A stretch of DNA of 64,000 bases, taken from the NCBI GenBank assembly GCA_965277285.1, contig OZ255721.1, positions 736,001-800,000 of the forward strand, read 5' to 3'. The stretch comes from Abditibacteriaceae bacterium. Lineage in GTDB: Bacteria; Armatimonadota; Abditibacteriia; Abditibacteriales; Abditibacteriaceae. Shown in pieces: positions 59,029-64,000 of this stretch (position 1 is its first letter; every line of letters starts with the position of its first letter). The position numbers and the translations under genes are program-made. The notes beneath the pieces were generated by a model, which saw only the letters and a list, made by a program, of their open reading frames with translations, made no database searches and had not been told where the DNA came from.

Positions 59029-59489
59029 ACACAACTGAAGAAAACCAGCTTCAAACCGAAGTTGAAACAACCGAAATCGAAACTAACGAAATCGAGCCAA
59101 TGGTCGCATCGGAAAAGAAGCTCGATTTGATTTGCCAATCGGCGACGGAATTGAAGGCGCGCGACATCACGGTTTTGGATGTGCGCGGTCAAACCATTGT
59201 CGCCGACTTTTTCGTAATGTGCACGGGCACCAGCATCACGCATATCCAAAGCATCGCGGAAGGCGTGCGCGACCGTTTGCGCGAAGGCGCCAGATTGCGC
59301 GCCAAGCCCGAAGGCGACGCCGGAAGCTACTGGGTCATCATGGATTACAGCGACGTGATTTTGCACATTTTCGACGAAGAAACGCGCGAGTTCTACGACT
59401 TGGAACGCTTGTGGGCGGACGCCAAAATCACGCAGTATGAGGACACGGGCGTAATTCAAGATGCTGCGAGCGAATCGAGTACTCGATAG
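59025..59489 (+). CDS. rsfS: Ribosome silencing factor (start uncertain: ATA 59025, ATT 59022 or ATG 59100)
   Basis: KA.DI..LD, D.FV.CTG.S..H..SIA, W...DY.DV..HIF..E.R.FYDLERLW; conserved nadD-rsfS synteny. Confidence 0.9.
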   Translation: MNTTEENQLQTEVETTEIETNEIEPMVASEKKLDLICQSATELKARDITVLDVRGQTIVADFFVMCTGTSITHIQSIAEGVRDRLREGARLRAKPEGDAGSYWVIMDYSDVILHIFDEETREFYDLERLWADAKITQYEDTGVIQDAASESSTR

Positions 59490-59565
59490 CATTGGCACAA
59501 GCGATACAAACGGGTAAACTGCGCGGCAACGCGAACCATTTTTCGCGTTCAACTAACGATGAAAC

Positions 59566-59770
59566 CACTCGATTTTCGACATCACAGGCAAAGACACGGC
59601 GCGCAAAGGTTTGCGCAGCGGTGCGCATTGCGACCTCGACAACACCAAAGGTTGTCGACCGCTTTGCCCCGTTCTGGAAGAGCGACACGCTTTTCCACGC
59701 CCGGCACACGAACGTGTCTTTGCCTGCATTGATGAATCGCAGCGAAGACCTATCGAGTGTCGGGCTTTTT
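59566..59770 (+). ncRNA. Candidate structured non-coding RNA
   Basis: Nested complementarity: CAGGCAAAGACACG (59585-59598) with CGTGTCTTTGCCTG (59713-59726), outer CACTCGAT/ATCGAGTG, two internal hairpins and a 3' T tract. Confidence 0.4.
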
Positions 59771-59805
59771 TGTTTGTCAAAATCGTCTAAAATCGCCAAA
59801 CCGAT

Positions 59806-60738
59806 GTGAGTCCGATGAACGAGACACCAACACTTTCAACGACAACAACTCAAACATCGCCCGCGCCAGACCAGACAACGGCGAATGCTGCAGCGCGCGT
59901 CGAAGAGTCGCCGCAAGTCGCCGCGCAAAAGTCGGTTGAGACATCAAGTACTCGAAATGAGGCGACCAACGCTGCGTTGCCTTCGGTTGAGGATATGAAG
60001 CGCGAAGAGCAAGTCGCGGCGATTGCGATGAAGGCGCGGTTGGATTTGCGTCGTGGACAGCGCGAAAAAGCACGAGCCGAAATCGCGCAAGCGCTGGCGC
60101 TCAATCCCAACGATCAGGGTGCGCTCGAACTGATGGGCGATGTGTTTTTGGAGGAAGGCGAGCAGGAAAAAGCGATTTTAGTCTTTGAGAAAGGCCGCGC
60201 GCTGTATCCCAATCACGCGCCATTTGCGGAAAAAATTCGACTGGCGCAGCACGACTTGGACGAAATGGCGGTCGATCAGTTGACACAAAAGTTCGCGCCG
60301 CCCGCCGATTTATTGACTGAAGAATTGGATGTTAAACCCGGGCGCGCTGCGATCTTGTCGCTCTTGATTCCAGGCGGAGGACAATTTTATCTGGAGCAAA
60401 ACGAGCGCGGCGCGGTTTATCTGGGACTGGCCTTTTTGTCGTTGTGCGGTTGGGCGTTGCCGTTGCGAAGCGCGATGAGTCACGCCGGAGCCGCTGTCAA
60501 AGCGACGGGCAGCATCCTTTCGGGATGGAGTAGCGCAGTCAGTTCGATGAGCAGCGGAGCACAACTTTTGTTCTGGGTGATGTCCACGCTGTTCAGTATG
60601 TTGTATCTGGTTTCGGCGTGGGACGCTTACACAACGGTGGCGCGGCGACAAACTGCGCAGCGACAGACGAACAAGTTAAATACGGAATACGGAATACGGA
60701 ATACGGAATCGAAGCTGGACGCGAACGACGCAGCCTGA
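59806..60738 (+). CDS. TPR-containing membrane protein
   Basis: TPR-like helices followed by A.ILSLLIPG.GQFY and C-terminal TM segments. Confidence 0.75.
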   Translation: MSPMNETPTLSTTTTQTSPAPDQTTANAAARVEESPQVAAQKSVETSSTRNEATNAALPSVEDMKREEQVAAIAMKARLDLRRGQREKARAEIAQALALNPNDQGALELMGDVFLEEGEQEKAILVFEKGRALYPNHAPFAEKIRLAQHDLDEMAVDQLTQKFAPPADLLTEELDVKPGRAAILSLLIPGGGQFYLEQNERGAVYLGLAFLSLCGWALPLRSAMSHAGAAVKATGSILSGWSSAVSSMSSGAQLLFWVMSTLFSMLYLVSAWDAYTTVARRQTAQRQTNKLNTEYGIRNTESKLDANDAA

Positions 60739-60802
60739 ACTTCGAGTACTCGATATTCATCATTCCGTATTCATCATTTATTTGAATGAGGAGGTTAGAA
60801 CG

Positions 60803-61339
60803 ATGGCGGAAGCTGGCGTGTTGGTTTTGAATCACAATTACGAGCCGCTGAACATTTGCGGTTTGCATCGCGGCATGGTGCTGTTGTATCTCGAAAAGGC
60901 GGAAGTTTTGCGCTTCAGCGACGACATCGTTTTGACGGCAGGCGGCGAGGAAATGATCGTGCCCAGCGTTTTGCGCTTGAAGCAGATGGTCAAGCGTCCG
61001 ACGCCGCAACTAAAAATGTCGCGCAAGTCGATATTGGCGCGCGACGATTATACGTGCCAGTATTGCGGAAACAAAGCGGGCTTGACGCTCGACCACATTT
61101 TTCCGCGCCATCGCGGTGGCGAAACTTCGTGGGAAAACCTGGTTTGCTGCTGCCTGCGCTGCAACAACAAAAAAGGCCCGATGACGCCGCAGGAAGCCGG
61201 AATGCGCCTGCCCCACCCACCGCGCAAGCCGCGCTACGTGCCGTATATCTCGTTCCCGCGCTTCATCTCGGCGATGCGTCACCCCGAATGGCGCGAATAC
61301 TTGGCCGGATACGGCAAAGGATTGGAAGATCGGTTTTAA
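60803..61339 (+). CDS. HNH endonuclease (McrA-like, stand-alone)
   Basis: VLVLN..YEPL, RD.YTCQYCG, TLDH..P..RGG..SWENLV.CC..CN..K. Confidence 0.92.
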   Translation: MAEAGVLVLNHNYEPLNICGLHRGMVLLYLEKAEVLRFSDDIVLTAGGEEMIVPSVLRLKQMVKRPTPQLKMSRKSILARDDYTCQYCGNKAGLTLDHIFPRHRGGETSWENLVCCCLRCNNKKGPMTPQEAGMRLPHPPRKPRYVPYISFPRFISAMRHPEWREYLAGYGKGLEDRF

Positions 61340-61522
61340 CAAGATCGATTTCTAACCGATGAGAAATACCAAATTCTCCCCATTCGAGTACTCGATGTGG
61401 TTATGGCAGATATGATGACCGCAAATACAAGGCGCGATATTTCTTCTCAGAAACATCGCGCCTTGTATTTGCGCGTGGTAATTTTGATAAGTGGCGGCGT
61501 TCTTGGAGCGCCCTCTATAAGA

Positions 61523-63280
61523 TTACGCATGAACGTAGTAGATGACCTTGCTTTTTTTGATCAGGGCAATGACAGCATTGGGAATCAGGGTCTGCGCGGT
61601 TTGCTCCTTGTAAGTGTTCAGGGCGTTTGCATACATGGTGTTTTCCGCTTTTGGATGATCCTGACTCGTGCTCAGGGATTGAATCAGGCAATAACCTCGC
61701 ACGGTTTTCACCGGCTCTGACGTCATCTTTCCTTGGCTCAATTTCAGCCCTGCGTCCAAAATCATAGTGTCCATATCCTGTATGGTAGGATACAAAACGC
61801 CCAGGTCGCCTTTGTGATTCTTCGACTCAAGCTCTGAATACTGCGATGCCAGAACGCCGAAATCTTTTCCCTTCCTGATTTGAGATTGTATGTTTTTGAT
61901 GAGGGTCAGCGCTTCGGCTTCAGAGCGCAATTTCGTTTTCGCAGTTGTCGGGCGGTCGCCTTGCTGGAACTTGACGAGGATCGCGCGGCAATGAGCCATA
62001 CCGACCGGCTTCACTTGATTGATGACAAGCTGCACGCGCTCCATGTCCTGATGGAAGTTGTACCGCAGCTCGTCCAGCGTCATATGGCGTGCGGCCAATC
62101 CTTCATCGAGCGTATGAGGAGCGATCATCTTGCGCAGTGCGTTGACTCGTTGATCGACCTGGGCAACGCTTACCACGATGTTGCGGCGCTTACATTCTCG
62201 GTCGACAATGAAGTTTTGAACGAGAATATCGACAACGCGAGGTCCATTTTCCGCGAGACATTCCGCCGCGACGTCCTGCATAGGAATGACGTGACCATCA
62301 ACCACAGCGGCGGCCTTGGGTAGCGGCTTGCCGAGCGCCGGAGCGCACTCGGCATCGGTCGCGTAAGTGATATTCGCTCTGCTAATCAGGCCGACGACAA
62401 ACTGAGGGCTGAGAAATTGTGATTGCTCATCGACGTAAATGTCGTGGGCGGCTTTGTAGGCAGCGTTCTCGCTTGTAGGATGATCAGCGCTTGTCGTGAT
62501 GGCTTGAACGAGCCAGAAACCGTCGTCAGTTACAACCGGCTGGGAGATTTTGCCCTTTTCCAAAGCGAGAGCGGCGGTGACTACGCGCGCGTTCAGGTCG
62601 TGCGTTCCCTGATATACGACGCCGATGTCACCCGAGGCGCTTTTAGAAGAATCGTCGGAGTATTTCGCCGCTACTTCGCCAAAATCCTTGCCTGCGGCAA
62701 GCTGAGTTTGAACGACTTTGAACATTGCAGGCGTCGCTGTTACGTCTTCGTCGCCAGCCGGACGGTCGAACTTGATGAGGATCACGCGGCAATGGCTCAT
62801 GTTCACGGATGGAATTTGATCGGCGGTAATCAATCCCCGTTGGATTTTATGTTTAAAAGCCGCGCGCACTTGCTCCATAGTTGAATGATGCTGAGCGATC
62901 ACATCTTCTAACCGGGCTGGCGCAACAGATTGGCGCAAATCCGCCACGCGTTTATCGACCACCACATCGGCAACGACGATGCCTTTCCTGCTCGCTTCTC
63001 GCTCTACGAGATAGTTCTGAACCATTTGATCAATAATCGGCGCACGGCTCTTGACAAGGCATATTCTCGTTACATCACGCAGCAGGATGCGGTGGCCATC
63101 GACTTCTGCCGCAACGCCAACTGGTCCTTTGTCCTCGGAAAAAGTTCCGCCCGACTCTGTGGCGAATACGCGCGAATTGCTACCAGCAACAGGAATTGTG
63201 GCTGCATGCACCAGACGATCGGAGTATAGAACCGTGCACAGGGCGAGGAGCATTGACAACCTCTTGGCTTTTCGTATCAT
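61523..63280 (-). CDS. Exported peptidyl-prolyl isomerase/foldase with two tandem SurA-N + PpiC (parvulin) modules
   Basis: Signal peptide; duplicated A.VDGH.I..., H.R.IL.K and GKDF...A..YS...S....GD.G blocks. Confidence 0.85.
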   Translation of the reverse strand: MIRKAKRLSMLLALCTVLYSDRLVHAATIPVAGSNSRVFATESGGTFSEDKGPVGVAAEVDGHRILLRDVTRICLVKSRAPIIDQMVQNYLVEREASRKGIVVADVVVDKRVADLRQSVAPARLEDVIAQHHSTMEQVRAAFKHKIQRGLITADQIPSVNMSHCRVILIKFDRPAGDEDVTATPAMFKVVQTQLAAGKDFGEVAAKYSDDSSKSASGDIGVVYQGTHDLNARVVTAALALEKGKISQPVVTDDGFWLVQAITTSADHPTSENAAYKAAHDIYVDEQSQFLSPQFVVGLISRANITYATDAECAPALGKPLPKAAAVVDGHVIPMQDVAAECLAENGPRVVDILVQNFIVDRECKRRNIVVSVAQVDQRVNALRKMIAPHTLDEGLAARHMTLDELRYNFHQDMERVQLVINQVKPVGMAHCRAILVKFQQGDRPTTAKTKLRSEAEALTLIKNIQSQIRKGKDFGVLASQYSELESKNHKGDLGVLYPTIQDMDTMILDAGLKLSQGKMTSEPVKTVRGYCLIQSLSTSQDHPKAENTMYANALNTYKEQTAQTLIPNAVIALIKKSKVIYYVHA

Positions 63281-63428
63281 GACAGGGGTTTACCTTATAA
63301 ATCTATTGTGAAGATCGCGTTCGCCTCATTGCGTCGCGGACATATCTTGTGTTGACCACAAAGACAACTTGAGTTTGCGCTTAATAAGCGCAAACTCAAG
63401 TTGTAAGATCGGAGTTTATCGTCAGGGA

Positions 63429-64000
63429 CTATCGCCCAATGAAGTCCCATGTTTGCTGGCATCCGCCGCCGCCCCATGACCAGAGCCCAATACGGGTGTT
63501 ATTGGCACCTGAGCAGTTCTGTCCATCAAGAACGTCGTGCGAGCCATCGCTCTTCGTGCCCGCAGTGGCAATGACATATCGTCCGCCGCTCGTCTGCGAG
63601 ATCTTCCACTGCTGCGGGGTTCCGCCCCAGTAATCCCACAGTTCCATCATCGTACCATCGTTGGGGCTGGCATTCGTGCAGTCCAGGCTGCGCCCGACGC
63701 TACCATCAGGGTTGATCGTTCGGATCGAGTAGTAGCCGTTGTTCAGGTTAGTGACCTGCCACTTCTGGTTATTGGTTCCCGCGTATGGCCAGAGCTGAAT
63801 CGGAGTTCCGTTTGCAGTTCCGTAGCCAGCGCAATCCAAGGCGTTACCAGTAGTCGAAGCGGTGATCTCGTAGGTGCCATTCGGCAATGGCGGCGCACCG
63901 TTTTCGTACTGGCGAACATAGTCGACATCAAAGTAGCCTGTTACAGCCGTGCTACCGTCCGGGTTGCCTGGCCAATTGCCGCCAACTGCAAGGTTCAGGA
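63429..64000 (-). CDS. GH16-type glycoside hydrolase C-terminus + ricin-B (CBM13) lectin domain; N-terminus outside the window
   Basis: The frame stays open to the window edge: LNLAVGGNWPG.PD...FDVDYVR.Y, followed by NQKW/QQW/QQTW repeats. Confidence 0.85.
   Translation of the reverse strand, partial: LNLAVGGNWPGNPDGSTAVTGYFDVDYVRQYENGAPPLPNGTYEITASTTGNALDCAGYGTANGTPIQLWPYAGTNNQKWQVTNLNNGYYSIRTINPDGSVGRSLDCTNASPNDGTMMELWDYWGGTPQQWKISQTSGGRYVIATAGTKSDGSHDVLDGQNCSGANNTRIGLWSWGGGGCQQTWDFIGR

Larger units (their letters stand above)
590..61395. repeat. Dispersed highly iterated 12-bp palindrome TCGAGTACTCGA (usually W-flanked)
   Basis: Perfect copies start at 2500, 3069, 3684, 5508, 6818, 8397, 11585, 13118, 14116, 15560, 16463, 18117, 19697, 19893, 21842, 22759, 23829, 24322, 25374, 26515, 27549, 28240, 29064, 30526, 31066, 32471, 32839, 33539, 34680, 37018, 37798, 41174, 44556, 45996, 46545, 48231, 49101, 49884, 51082, 52075, 52708, 53579, 54452, 55503, 56124, 58117, 58130, 58694, 59475, 60742, 61384. 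One-mismatch copies start at 590, 7793, 10064, 10895, 17391, 17406, 35183, 35764, 38277, 38758, 40191, 42118, 42700, 47691, 50161, 50580, 59944 (manual count). Confidence 0.98.

Noticed and set aside
60803..61339. HNH nuclease as the enzyme acting on the palindrome or as a defence system
   Set aside because: It belongs to a widespread stand-alone HNH family and has no cognate methylase or other link to the motif in this window.
590..61395. The palindrome as a CRISPR repeat or integron attC array
   Set aside because: Copies are about 1 kb apart and often inside conserved genes, with no fixed-length spacers, no cas or intI gene and no attC R/L box structure.
2500..61395. The palindrome as a cloning linker or adapter artefact (it contains a ScaI site)
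   Set aside because: It sits in-frame in intact conserved proteins (lon KDRVLEYL, proA, sdhB, nadD) without breaking homology, and degenerate copies exist. A read-level check is still advisable.

Overview
A 64 kb bacterial chromosomal window of moderately high GC with a few AT-rich patches. Lineage cannot be established from the sequence alone; the protein style suggests an Armatimonadota/Abditibacteriota-like organism (weak inference). Housekeeping and metabolic genes include sdhCAB, proA, aroK, hsp20-lon, an RNase E/G, nadD-rsfS, an NRAMP transporter, an ABC exporter, a GspE/PilB ATPase and a CgeB-type glycosyltransferase/NDP-sugar cluster. There are three tRNAs (Glu, Ala, fMet) and a decayed tRNA-Ala island (integrase remnant, HicAB, MITE). 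The dominant unexplained signal is a 12-bp palindrome, TCGAGTACTCGA. I counted by eye about 51 perfect and 17 single-mismatch copies, roughly one per 0.9 kb, against about 0.004 expected by chance. About half lie inside genes, in all three frames (SSTR, RVL[DE], EYS). The copies are unusually evenly spaced, sit at gene junctions, island edges, a Lon truncation point and a domain fusion, and are reused in terminators. This resembles a HIP1-like highly iterated palindrome system with a motif I do not recognise. At least four REP-like hairpin families, a candidate structured ncRNA and a stand-alone TRD-like protein are also present.
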